A stretch of 45,404 nt of DNA, from NCBI GenBank assembly GCA_017508465.1, contig JAFVYW010000110.1, forward strand, positions 1 through 45,404, written 5' to 3'. Of this stretch, positions 36,798 to 45,025 are shown piece by piece. This DNA is from Clostridia bacterium (GTDB lineage Bacteria > Bacillota > Clostridia > Oscillospirales > CAG-272). Position numbers and translations under genes: made by a program. The number at the start of each line of letters is the position of its first letter. Positions within the stretch are counted from its first letter, which is position 1. Below the pieces are notes generated by a model. That model saw only the letters and a list, made by a program, of their open reading frames with translations, had not been told where the DNA came from and ran no database searches.

Positions 36798-36884
36798 TGA
36801 GCAGAAGTTTGAACCCTTGTGAGGGGAATGTAACACCTGCGCCCACCAAGGTAACGTTTTTACGTGGACCTTGGTATTTTTTTA
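36798..36884 (+). ncRNA. Candidate structured RNA B1 (type B), ~87 nt
   Basis: Outer helix GCAG (36801-04) / CUGC (36837-40). Inner hairpin CCCU-UGUG-AGGG (36814-25). Terminator ACCAAGGU...ACCUUGGU + U7. Confidence 0.55.
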
Positions 36885-37140
36885 TCTATCATATTGTTTT
36901 TTCAAAATCAAAGACGGAGTTTCCATTCCCGGCAAAGACATTTTTATACCGCGCCCTTCTCTTAATTGCTTAAATCGTTTTGGGTGTTTTGATAAAGGTG
37001 TGTCGTTTCAACAGCAACATTTTGACCTGTATATTTGCCTGTAAATAAGGCGGAAATCGAAGAGCGATGCTGAATTGCTCTGGCATTTTTACTGAAAAAT
37101 TGAGAAAAAAATGCAAAGTTTCTGTCTTTGCATTTCATTA

Positions 37141-37206
37141 TAAACCATACATTTCTCTGCGAGTTTGATGAAAGCTATTGACTTTTTAAGAAAAATAGCG
37201 TATAAT
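37141..37206 (+). promoter_or_regulatory. Array promoter P5 with conserved upstream block
   Basis: TAAACCATACATTTCTCTGCGAGTTTGATGAAAGCTA + TTGACT (37178-83), a 17-nt spacer, then TATAAT (37201-06). Confidence 0.6.
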
Positions 37207-37212
37207 ATTGAA

Positions 37213-37300
37213 CGAGCAGAAGTTTGAACCGTTGTAACGGGAATGTAACACCTGCACCGTCAAGGGGATGCGTTTATCGCGTTACCCTTGACTTTTTTTA
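37213..37300 (+). ncRNA. Candidate structured RNA B2 (type B), ~88 nt
   Basis: Same architecture as B1: GCAG (37216-19) / CUGC (37252-55), inner hairpin CCGU-UGUA-ACGG (37229-40), terminator GUCAAGGG...CCCUUGAC + U7. Confidence 0.55.
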
Positions 37301-37326
37301 CTCTTGATGTTTTTTTCTTAAAATAC

Positions 37327-37355
37327 TTGTAAAAATCTCTCATCTATGCTATAAT
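37327..37355 (+). promoter_or_regulatory. SigA-type promoter of prfC
   Basis: TTGTAA (37327-32), a 17-nt spacer, then TATAAT (37350-55). It lies downstream of the B2 terminator. Confidence 0.5.
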
Positions 37356-37422
37356 AATTCAGTTAGACTTCTCCTCTCGCGCGAAGATAAGAGAGGAATA
37401 CCAAATAAAAAAGGATAGTTTT

Positions 37423-39027
37423 ATGTCACAGCTGAAAAAAGAAATTGAAAGACGGCGCACATTCGCCATCATTTCCCACCCCGACGCAGGTAAAACCACT
37501 CTTACCGAGAAATTTCTTCTCTATGGTGGCGCCATCCAATCTGCTGGCTCGGTCAAGGGAAAGCAATCGGACAAGCACGCCGTATCCGACTGGATGGACC
37601 TCGAAAAGCAAAGAGGTATCTCCATCACCTCGTCCGTTCTTCAGTTTGAATACGATGGATATTGTATCAACATTCTTGACACCCCGGGACACCAGGACTT
37701 CTCCGAGGACACCTATCGTACCCTGATGGCGGCCGACAGCGCCGTGATGGTCATCGACGCGGCGAAGGGCATTGAGCCACAGACGAGAAAGCTCTTCAAG
37801 GTCTGCGCGATGCGCGATATCCCGATTTTTACCTTTATCAATAAAATGGACCGCGAAGCGCGTGATCCCTTTGACCTTCTCGATGAACTCGAAAAAGAGT
37901 TCGGCATCGGCACCTATCCGATGAACTGGCCGATCGGATGCGGTCAAAACTTCAAGGGCGTGTACGACCGCGATAAAAAGAGCATTCTCTCCTTTGGAGA
38001 CTCTCACCGCGGACGCGAGAGAATTCACGGTATCGATTGTGATATCGCCGATACGGAAAAGCTGGGTGAGCTCATCGGCGAGAGACTCCGTACCGAGCTT
38101 GTCGAGCAGGTAGAGCTTCTCGACGGCGCGTGCTTTGATTTTGACCTCGACGCCGTCCGCCATGGCAAGCTCTCGCCCGTATTCTTCGGCTCCGCCCTCA
38201 ACAACTTCGGTGTTGAGCCTTTCCTTGAACATTTCCTTAAAATGACAACCTCTCCCCTTCCCCGTGTGGCAGGTGGCGTGACGATTGATCCCTTTGACGA
38301 GGGCTTCTCCGCCTTTGTATTCAAGATTCAGGCGAATATGAACAAGGCGCACCGCGACCGTATCGCCTTTATGCGTATCTGCTCGGGCATGTTTGACCGT
38401 AGCCGTGACTATTACCATGTGCAGGGTAACAAGTCCTTCCGCCTCTCCCAGCCACAGCAGATGATGGCTTCTGAACGCGAGGTTATCGACACCGCTTATG
38501 CCGGTGATATCATCGGTGTATTCGATCCTGGTATTTTCTCGATTGGTGATACCATCTGCGAGAAGGGACAGAAAATTCGCTTCGAGGGTATTCCCGTGTT
38601 TGCCCCCGAGCATTTCGCGATGGTCGAGCAGGTCGATTCCATGAAGCGTAAGCAGTTCGCCAAGGGTATGAACCAGATTGCCCAGGAGGGTGCTATTCAG
38701 ATTTTCTTTGAACCAAACTCTGGTCTTGAGCGTGTCATCGTCGGCGTTGTCGGCGTGCTTCAATTTGAGGTTCTCGAATACCGTATCAGAAACGAATACG
38801 GCTGCGACCTGCGCCGTTCTCCCCTTCCCTATCAGCAAATCCGCTGGATTGCCAACGAGGGACTGGATCCCAAGACATTGAAACTCTCGCATGACACCAA
38901 ATGGGTGCAGGACTTCCGCGGAAAGAACCTTCTGATTTTCACAAGCGAGTGGGCTATCCGCTGGGTACTGGAGGATAACCCTGGTCTGGAGCTCGCCGAA
39001 TTCTCCCGCGAGGAGGACAACCAATGA
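37423..39027 (+). CDS. prfC: Peptide chain release factor 3 (translational GTPase)
   Basis: RRTFAIISHPDAGKTTLTEK, DTPGHQDF and NKMDR motifs; length 534 aa; overall RF3 layout. Confidence 0.95.
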   Translation: MSQLKKEIERRRTFAIISHPDAGKTTLTEKFLLYGGAIQSAGSVKGKQSDKHAVSDWMDLEKQRGISITSSVLQFEYDGYCINILDTPGHQDFSEDTYRTLMAADSAVMVIDAAKGIEPQTRKLFKVCAMRDIPIFTFINKMDREARDPFDLLDELEKEFGIGTYPMNWPIGCGQNFKGVYDRDKKSILSFGDSHRGRERIHGIDCDIADTEKLGELIGERLRTELVEQVELLDGACFDFDLDAVRHGKLSPVFFGSALNNFGVEPFLEHFLKMTTSPLPRVAGGVTIDPFDEGFSAFVFKIQANMNKAHRDRIAFMRICSGMFDRSRDYYHVQGNKSFRLSQPQQMMASEREVIDTAYAGDIIGVFDPGIFSIGDTICEKGQKIRFEGIPVFAPEHFAMVEQVDSMKRKQFAKGMNQIAQEGAIQIFFEPNSGLERVIVGVVGVLQFEVLEYRIRNEYGCDLRRSPLPYQQIRWIANEGLDPKTLKLSHDTKWVQDFRGKNLLIFTSEWAIRWVLEDNPGLELAEFSREEDNQ

Positions 39028-39772
39028 GAATGCGTAAAAAGAAAAACGGTGCATTGAGACTGCAAAACTGCGAGGAATTCCTCGCCGTCATGCCCGATTA
39101 TCCTCTTGAAAGCAGTGAATATCACTTCGGCAGAGTTGCCCCAATTTATCTGGAAATCGGCGCAGGCAAGGGTGGCTTTGCGCTCGAGATGAGCAAAAGA
39201 CATCCCGAAGCGGTTACTATGCCATGGAGCGCGTGAGCGACTGCGTGGTTCTCGCCGTGGAAGAGGCGAAGCGTACCGCCGACGAGCGCCCCGACAACAT
39301 CCGTTTCCTGATTGGAAACGCGGACAATCTCACCGAATATTTTGCCCCGAACACCATCGACGCCCTCTTTCTGAACTTCTCCGACCCCTGGTCGAAAAAG
39401 GGCTATCGCAAGCGCAGGCTGACCTATCGGAAGTACCTCGCGATGTACTTTACTCTCCTGAAAGAAGGCGCGACACTTACCTTCAAGACCGACAATGTCG
39501 GACTCTTCGATTTCTCCCTGGAGGAAATCGAGGCGATGGGACTTGTGCCCGAGGTCGTCACGCGCGACCTCCACGCGTCCGAATGGAACGCGGATAACAT
39601 CATGACCGAATATGAGCGTAACTTCACCGAGCAGGGCATGAAAATCAACATGCTCCGTGTGCGCCGTCCTGTCGGCTATACCCCCGTCTATGTCGAGGAA
39701 AAACGCCAGAAATGCGCCGAAACCCCCACCCCGTGTCATGAAAATGGCGTTACAGAAAGCGAGGCAGAATAA
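39024..39772 (+). pseudogene. trmB: tRNA (guanine-N7)-methyltransferase TrmB interrupted by a 1-nt frameshift near 39212 (or a sequencing error)
   Basis: ORF 39024..39236 gives MRMRKKK...LEIGAGKGGFALEMSKRHPEA. ORF 39224..39772 (+1 frame) continues YYAMERV...LNFSDPWSKK..RRL...FKTDN...MTEYE. Together these are collinear with B. subtilis TrmB. Confidence 0.8.
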
Positions 39773-40512
39773 TGCCCTTTCTTGGTACAATCGTAAATTT
39801 CGCCGCTGTCCTGATCGCTGGCATTTTAGGCGTTCTGATTAAGCGCGGTGTCCCCGAACGCTTCTCCGATACCATTATGAAGGGAATGGGCATTGTTGTC
39901 GTCTACATCGGTATCAGTGGTGCGTTGGAGAGCGCGCCTGTCTATGAAAGCGCATCCTTTCTCTCGGATGACCTGCGCAAAATTCTGATTATGATCCTTT
40001 CGCTCGCGATCGGTAGCGCGATCGGTGAGCTGTGCAACATTGAAGGCGGTCTCGAACGCCTCGGCAACTTCGTCGAAAAGAAATTCTCCAAAAGGGAGAG
40101 CAAGCAGGGTGACATCGCCCGTGGCTTCGTCACATGTAGCCTCTTGTTCTGTGTGGGCGCTATGGCGGTCACAGGCTCGATTGCCGATGCGACAGGAAAC
40201 CCCGATATCATCCTCGCCAAAACGGTCATTGACGCCATCACCTGCTTCACCATGGCGACCACCATGGGCATTGGCTGCGCCCTCTCCGCCTTTGTGGTTC
40301 TGCTCTATCAGGGCACGATAACCACCCTTGCCTTCTTTATGGCAGACCTTCTCACAGGTCCTACCCTCTCCTATATGTCGATGACAGGCTCGCTGATTAT
40401 TGTTCTCGTCGGTCTCAATGTCATGGGTGCGACCAAAGTCCGCACCGCCAACATGGTCCCTGCGATTTTTATCCCCCTTCTTCTCGAGCCTCTCTTCGCC
40501 TGGATGTTCTGA
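39772..40512 (+). CDS. DUF554-family integral membrane protein
   Basis: MPFLGTIVNFAAVLIAGILGVLIKRGVPERF is a typical DUF554 N-terminus. Multi-pass hydrophobic protein of 246 aa; TAATG overlap with trmB. Confidence 0.75.
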   Translation: MPFLGTIVNFAAVLIAGILGVLIKRGVPERFSDTIMKGMGIVVVYIGISGALESAPVYESASFLSDDLRKILIMILSLAIGSAIGELCNIEGGLERLGNFVEKKFSKRESKQGDIARGFVTCSLLFCVGAMAVTGSIADATGNPDIILAKTVIDAITCFTMATTMGIGCALSAFVVLLYQGTITTLAFFMADLLTGPTLSYMSMTGSLIIVLVGLNVMGATKVRTANMVPAIFIPLLLEPLFAWMF

Positions 40513-40621
40513 CGGAGGATTTCTTTCTTCCTTTTTGCAAAAAGGAAGCGAAAAAATCTCATAGATATGAAAAAGGAATCGACTCAAAACAGCAGATTCC
40601 CACAACACCATTTTTCCATAG

Positions 40622-40712
40622 CAAAGGGGCTGAGTCATTAAGAATTCAGCATACTTTGACATTGAATAAGAATTTTCACTAAAATGCTGAATTCTTAGTG
40701 CGAAGCGCCTTT
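40622..40712. repeat. Small palindromic element next to the MITE-like repeat
   Basis: 14-bp inverted repeat TAAGAATTCAGCAT (40639-52) / ATGCTGAATTCTTA (40684-97). The outer ends CAAAGGGGCTGAGTC... resemble the terminus of the neighbouring element. Confidence 0.35.
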
Positions 40713-40873
40713 GGGGCTCGCTTCATTTAGGCATAACCGAACGAAAAACCTAAATAAAAAAAGAGAAAACCGTAGGTTTTGACCTTAGTTTCCTCTTAAT
40801 CAGTAAACGACAGAGGCAATTTGATTGTACCTCTGTCGTTTTTCGTTCGGTTATGCCTAAATGAAGCAGCCCC
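40713..40873. repeat. MITE-like palindromic element, copy 1 (~160 bp, ~36-bp terminal inverted repeats)
   Basis: GGGGCTCGCTTCATTTAGGCATAACCGAACGAAAAAC (40713-49) against its complement at 40838-73. Internal hairpins AAAACC-GTA-GGTTTT and AAACGACAGAGG...CCTCTGTCGTTT. A second copy lies at 45270. Confidence 0.7.
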
Positions 40874-40886
40874 TTTGTTGTTTGTT

Positions 40887-42287
40887 TTATTCGTTGCGTA
40901 TCCAATAACGATGGCAATAGGTTTCCCGTAAAAATTCGGATGCAATGACAGGGTTTCTGAGTTTCAATGAGGGGATGCTTGTCCCCTTGGTGGCCGTCGA
41001 CAAAAAGACCTCTTCCCAGCCTTTCGTATTTTTAAAATACACTTTCGCAAGGCTATCGCACTGATAGAATGCACTCGAACCGATTTTGGTAACGCTTTTG
41101 GGAATAGTGATGCTTGTTATGTTTTTACAAACTGCGAACGCACAGTCGTCAATCTCCCTCGTCCTTTCTCCCATGGTAACATTCGTCAGATTCGTGCAAG
41201 AGGCAAATGCACTGCCACCGATTGTGGTGACCGAATCGGGAATGGTGACACTCGTCAGGTTTTCGCAATCGGAAAATGCACTATTACCAATCACTCTGAC
41301 ACCTTGTGGCACAGAAAAATGGCTCTCCTCTTTGCCCTTCGCATAAACCAACAAGGTCTCACCATCGAAAGAATATAAATTGCCGTCAATCGATTTGTAA
41401 CTCCTGTTATCAGCACCCACTTCAATTCTTTGCAGGTTCAGGCAACATTTAAACGCATAGCAGGAAATATTACTGACGCTATCGGGAATGGTGATGCTCT
41501 TAAGGCTCTTACACCACGCAAAAGCCTCATATCCAATGATGGATAATCCCGGAGAAAAAATCACATTTTCCAGTTTTTCACAAGACAAGAACGCATGTGC
41601 TCCCACCTCAGTGACCGAGGAAGGAATCCTGATACTCTTCATACTTTCGCAAAACGCAAACGAAGCCTTACCAATGGATGTAACCGAATCGGGAATGACG
41701 ATACTTTGTAGTTTCTCGCAATGTTCAAATGCACCCTCATCAATCATGACAAGAGATGGAGGGAGTGATATACGCTTTAATTTTGGACAGCGATAGAACA
41801 TTCTTTTTCCAATTATAGTGATCGACTTTCCAACTACCACATTCGTAAGTTTGTTACATAGAGCAAACGCATTTTTCCCAAGACTTGTAACGCTATCGGG
41901 AATTGTTATGTCCACCAGGTCTTCACAAGACGAAAAAGCATACTCGCAGATTTCAACAACAGAATCCGGTATGACAACAGCAGCGAGGTGCACGCAATCC
42001 GCAAACGCACACCTACCAATCTTAGTGACACTATTTGGAATCGTAACACTTCTCAGTTTTCTATTAGGCAGAAGTTCATTAAACCTGAATCCATTCTCGG
42101 CAATTTCAGAGACAATTTTGCCATTATAGGAATAAGGAATATCGATATGAGTAAATTTTCCAGCCTCGCCGATCGATACCGACAGCGTACCGTCCTCCTT
42201 TTCGGAATACAAAAGAAAATCCGTCGCATCTTCTCTATAAGATTTATACTCCAGTACTTCGGCATCCATTCTCTTCTCCTCCATCAT
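40887..42287 (-). CDS. BspA-type leucine-rich-repeat (LRR_5) protein, no signal peptide
   Basis: More than 12 repeats of the pattern IPDSVTxIGxxAFxxCxxLxxIxI. The start overlaps the upstream stop (ATGA). Confidence 0.8.
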   Translation of the reverse strand: MMEEKRMDAEVLEYKSYREDATDFLLYSEKEDGTLSVSIGEAGKFTHIDIPYSYNGKIVSEIAENGFRFNELLPNRKLRSVTIPNSVTKIGRCAFADCVHLAAVVIPDSVVEICEYAFSSCEDLVDITIPDSVTSLGKNAFALCNKLTNVVVGKSITIIGKRMFYRCPKLKRISLPPSLVMIDEGAFEHCEKLQSIVIPDSVTSIGKASFAFCESMKSIRIPSSVTEVGAHAFLSCEKLENVIFSPGLSIIGYEAFAWCKSLKSITIPDSVSNISCYAFKCCLNLQRIEVGADNRSYKSIDGNLYSFDGETLLVYAKGKEESHFSVPQGVRVIGNSAFSDCENLTSVTIPDSVTTIGGSAFASCTNLTNVTMGERTREIDDCAFAVCKNITSITIPKSVTKIGSSAFYQCDSLAKVYFKNTKGWEEVFLSTATKGTSIPSLKLRNPVIASEFLRETYCHRYWIRNE

Positions 42288-44338
42288 TCTCCCCTATCCA
42301 AAAGAAGTAGAATAAAGGTGCCGCCCTGTACCGTTCTTGCACGGAAATGGCGGAAGGTGCCACTGTCGGTGTCGTACCAATCGGAGAAGGGTACACGACG
42401 AGGGCTTTCCTCGAGGAAGCGGACAATGGGAGAAAGGAGGGCTTCTCTCTTCTGGTTATCATCGGTCAGGACGCAGGACCAGACAATCCAGTCGCTCTTC
42501 GTGTAAATCGCACGCGTATCAAGGGGCGTGCCGAAGGCGTTGCATTTTTCGATATAGGTATCGATTTCTCTTTCAAAAATCGAATGGTCGAACAGGTCAA
42601 GATGATAAATCTTGTCAAACGCAAAATTGTATTTCAGGCTGAATGTGCTGTCATCACTGTCCCAGGTGAGTGGTAAATGTGAATATTTGTTTGCAAATTT
42701 CGTTATTTCTGCCGCAAACTCTTCCGCAATCGTGCGATAGTTTTTCTCGCTATCTCTGTCTCCTGCAAGACCAATCATCCTCGCATATGCGCCGATACCG
42801 ACCGTCGCCTTGATGGCGAGGTTGATATTGTTTTTGAGGTGTCCTGCGAAGTCATCGGTGCAAAGCTGCTCTTCGGGATACAGACCATATTTCACAAGGT
42901 ATTCCACCCACTTCGAGCAGAGGTCGAGATTTTCCTCAAAGAAGGAAACATTTCCTTCGCACTCGCTCACGCCGAGGAACATCACAAGCATATTTGCGCA
43001 TTCCTCAACAGGCATCTGGGAGTCGAAACGATAGATATCCATTGTAGCGGGAAGCGCGTAATAGGGCAGGTGTGTTGTGGCGATGCCGCGCTTGCCATCG
43101 TGCCAGATTGCCGTTTTCATATTGCCCGTGTACTTGTCCTCGCTGTCGCGCACCAGGCCATACACCTGACCGCAACAAGCAGGATATGTGCCCGCATCAT
43201 GAGGGGCAAAATCATATTTCTAGATAGGCATTCTCGCGAATTTCAGAATCGGGCGCATCATGCCCTTCACAAGTTCTACATTCGCATAGAGATAGAGCGG
43301 GATGGAAGGGTAAGAAACATCCACCGTCGCGATACAACCGTTGGAGCCGTTTTCTTTGGAGAGGAAGAGGACATTTCCCTCGCGGTCGCGCACAAGCTTA
43401 TGACCTGCGATGCTCTGACGAAGGGATGCATAAAGAATGGGCAGGTAGCTTTCGGGCAAGCCCTTTGCGTCTGCGCGAAGTTTTTCATCAAAGGCGTTAA
43501 GCTTTCCGTAAATCTCGCCCTTCTTCGCCATAGCCATTCCGAGACATTCTGCCATGGTATACTTCTCGAGCATATATCCCTTGCGATAATCGCCATAGTA
43601 GTCAATCGCTATGGTATCGTCATAGCCGACAAGCACCGTTCCTTCTCTGCCTTTTACAAACGCGCCGACATAGCGGTTGGCCTCCTTCGCCTTGAAGTTA
43701 TGCGCACCACTCGCAAGGTAGGCGAACAGTTCATGCTCGTCAAGCAGGAACGCCGTCTCGCCCGCTACATGGAAATAGCCCCAGTCAGCGCCGATCAGGT
43801 CATTGGTATTGGAAAGGGGATGCTGACGGCAAAGACCGAAGAACGCGCTTTCCATCGAAGAAAGGGGCATTACACCACCGATGGTAGTCGCATTGACGCT
43901 ATCGGGAATGTTGTTGTAGCAGTTGTCTGCACCAAGGAAGAGGGAAAACTCCACCTCTCTTCCCTCGCCACCTTCTACCTTATAATCAAGATAGCAGACA
44001 GGCAAGCCGAGAACATCCAGGTCATCAGGACACAGGGGTGAAACAAACGAAACCGACAAGGTAAGTCCATCAAGGTCGAAGGTGTAATCTGTCGAGAACG
44101 CGCCGACAGACACATCGGTCTGCTTCGCCACCTTTACGCCGAAGGGCAGAAATCTCTTGCCCTCGCCAAGAAAATGATATGTCACACCATCCACACGGAC
44201 AAAGCCGAGGACGGTCTTTTTTTCGCCAAACCAGCTCTCCACACTTCCCTCGTTCAGCACATCGCAGGGCGACCAGAGAGAAAAGTTCGGATCTTTTACA
44301 AAAAGAGGATAAGAAGGAAGAATTCGTTTCATAATCAT
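42284..44338 (-). pseudogene. Glutaminase-like protein (DUF5127/DUF4965/DUF1793 family) interrupted by one in-frame TAG at 43220-43222
   Basis: ORFs 43220..44338 and 42284..43165 are in the same frame. The 18 codons between them read KYDFAPHDAGTYPACCGQ, continuous with both halves. N-terminus is LPSYPLFVKDPNFSLWS. Confidence 0.65.
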
Positions 44339-44413
44339 TACCTCGTAAATTTTATTTTAACTTCATTATATCTTATAGAATTGGGGTTGTCAAGAAGTAT
44401 CGCCAAGAAAATG

Positions 44414-44875
44414 TCAACAATCTAACAATTCAAAAGTGTTTATAATTCTTTTGTTGTTTCTTCTGGCGATCTGAATGGATTTATATGCGCCACCAAAATT
44501 ATGGGACACATAAGCAATAATCACATCCGCATTTTTCATCATCCATTCATTTCGTTTCAAAATAGCAAACCTTGGTGGAACATGTTCAATAGGGGGATAA
44601 AGAGAAGCGTCACACAATTTGTGCTTCAACATATCCCTTATTTTTTCTTGTTCGTTAAAATTCATATATGGCGTTACATAAACAACTTCAGCACAATATT
44701 CATTCTTCATCTCCCTGCATGCAGATAAAGCAATTCTATCAAAATCCCCATACCCACCAAGATAAAATGTCAAAACTTCATCAGGTCTGACGAGAGTTCT
44801 GATACTCTCTTTTATGATTTGTTTTACTTTCTCGCATGAAGGAACAGAAGCATGGCCTGCAAATGCAATTATCAT
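44414..44875 (-). CDS. YpsA/DUF1273-like SLOG-family protein
   Basis: Start at MIIAFAGHA (AAGGGG SD). LGGYGDFDRIALSAC, VVYVTPY..NEQEK, DASLYPP and NADVIIAYV are collinear with remembered B. subtilis YpsA blocks (ISGQLGVELWAAEAA, VAVITPFYEQEKNW, YEASLTHRPY, SDGLLLLYD). Confidence 0.55.
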   Translation of the reverse strand: MIIAFAGHASVPSCEKVKQIIKESIRTLVRPDEVLTFYLGGYGDFDRIALSACREMKNEYCAEVVYVTPYMNFNEQEKIRDMLKHKLCDASLYPPIEHVPPRFAILKRNEWMMKNADVIIAYVSHNFGGAYKSIQIARRNNKRIINTFELLDC

Positions 44876-44917
44876 ATAACACCCCTTGTTTTCGTGGAAT
44901 ACCATGATTTTGACAAT

Positions 44918-44946
44918 ATTATAACACTATGAAAAATGATTGTCAA
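44918..44946 (-). promoter_or_regulatory. Consensus SigA promoter for the SLOG gene
   Basis: The minus strand reads TTGACA (44946-41), an exact 17-nt spacer, then TATAAT (44923-18). Confidence 0.6.
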
Positions 44947-44949
44947 TAT

Positions 44950-45008
44950 CGTGGAGTTCCACGAGATAAAAAATTCTCTTTGCCGTATAATAATTGTGGA
45001 ATTCCACA
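44950..45008 (+). promoter_or_regulatory. HTH-gene promoter region with two palindromic operators
   Basis: CGTGGA-GT-TCCACG (44950-63) and the perfect palindrome TGTGGAATTCCACA (44995-45008) bracket a TATAAT at 44986-91. A third half-matching site GTGGAATACCAT lies at 44894-905. Confidence 0.55.
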
Positions 45009-45025
45009 AAAACGGAGGGGAGACT

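Noticed and set aside
37108-37135. Hairpin ATGCAAAG-TTTCTGT-CTTTGCAT in the 250-bp gap between RNA B1 and promoter P5; it reads as a better terminator on the minus strand (A8 tract upstream)
   Set aside because: No promoter or gene on either strand can be tied to it. It may be a remnant of a decayed array unit. There is too little evidence to annotate it.
35950-37300. The repeat array could be mistaken for a CRISPR locus
   Set aside because: The repeated part is a ~65-bp promoter module, not a 24-48-bp direct repeat. Unit spacing is irregular (about 165-415 bp), each unit ends in a terminator, and no cas genes are present.
37426-39054. 542-aa minus-strand ORF exactly mirroring prfC
   Set aside because: prfC has unambiguous RF3 motifs and an SD. 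The antisense ORF has none and is a compositional shadow. The same reasoning applies to 30452..31393 (anti-ackA), 27281..28153 (anti-helicase), 42839..44041, 19032..19949 and 9421..10404.
43220-43222. In-frame TAG as a pyrrolysine or other recoding site
   Set aside because: No pyl genes, suppressor tRNA or recoding signal is visible in the window, and the enzyme family is not known to use Pyl. A nonsense mutation or a base-call error is far more likely. It is kept as a low-probability note in the findings.
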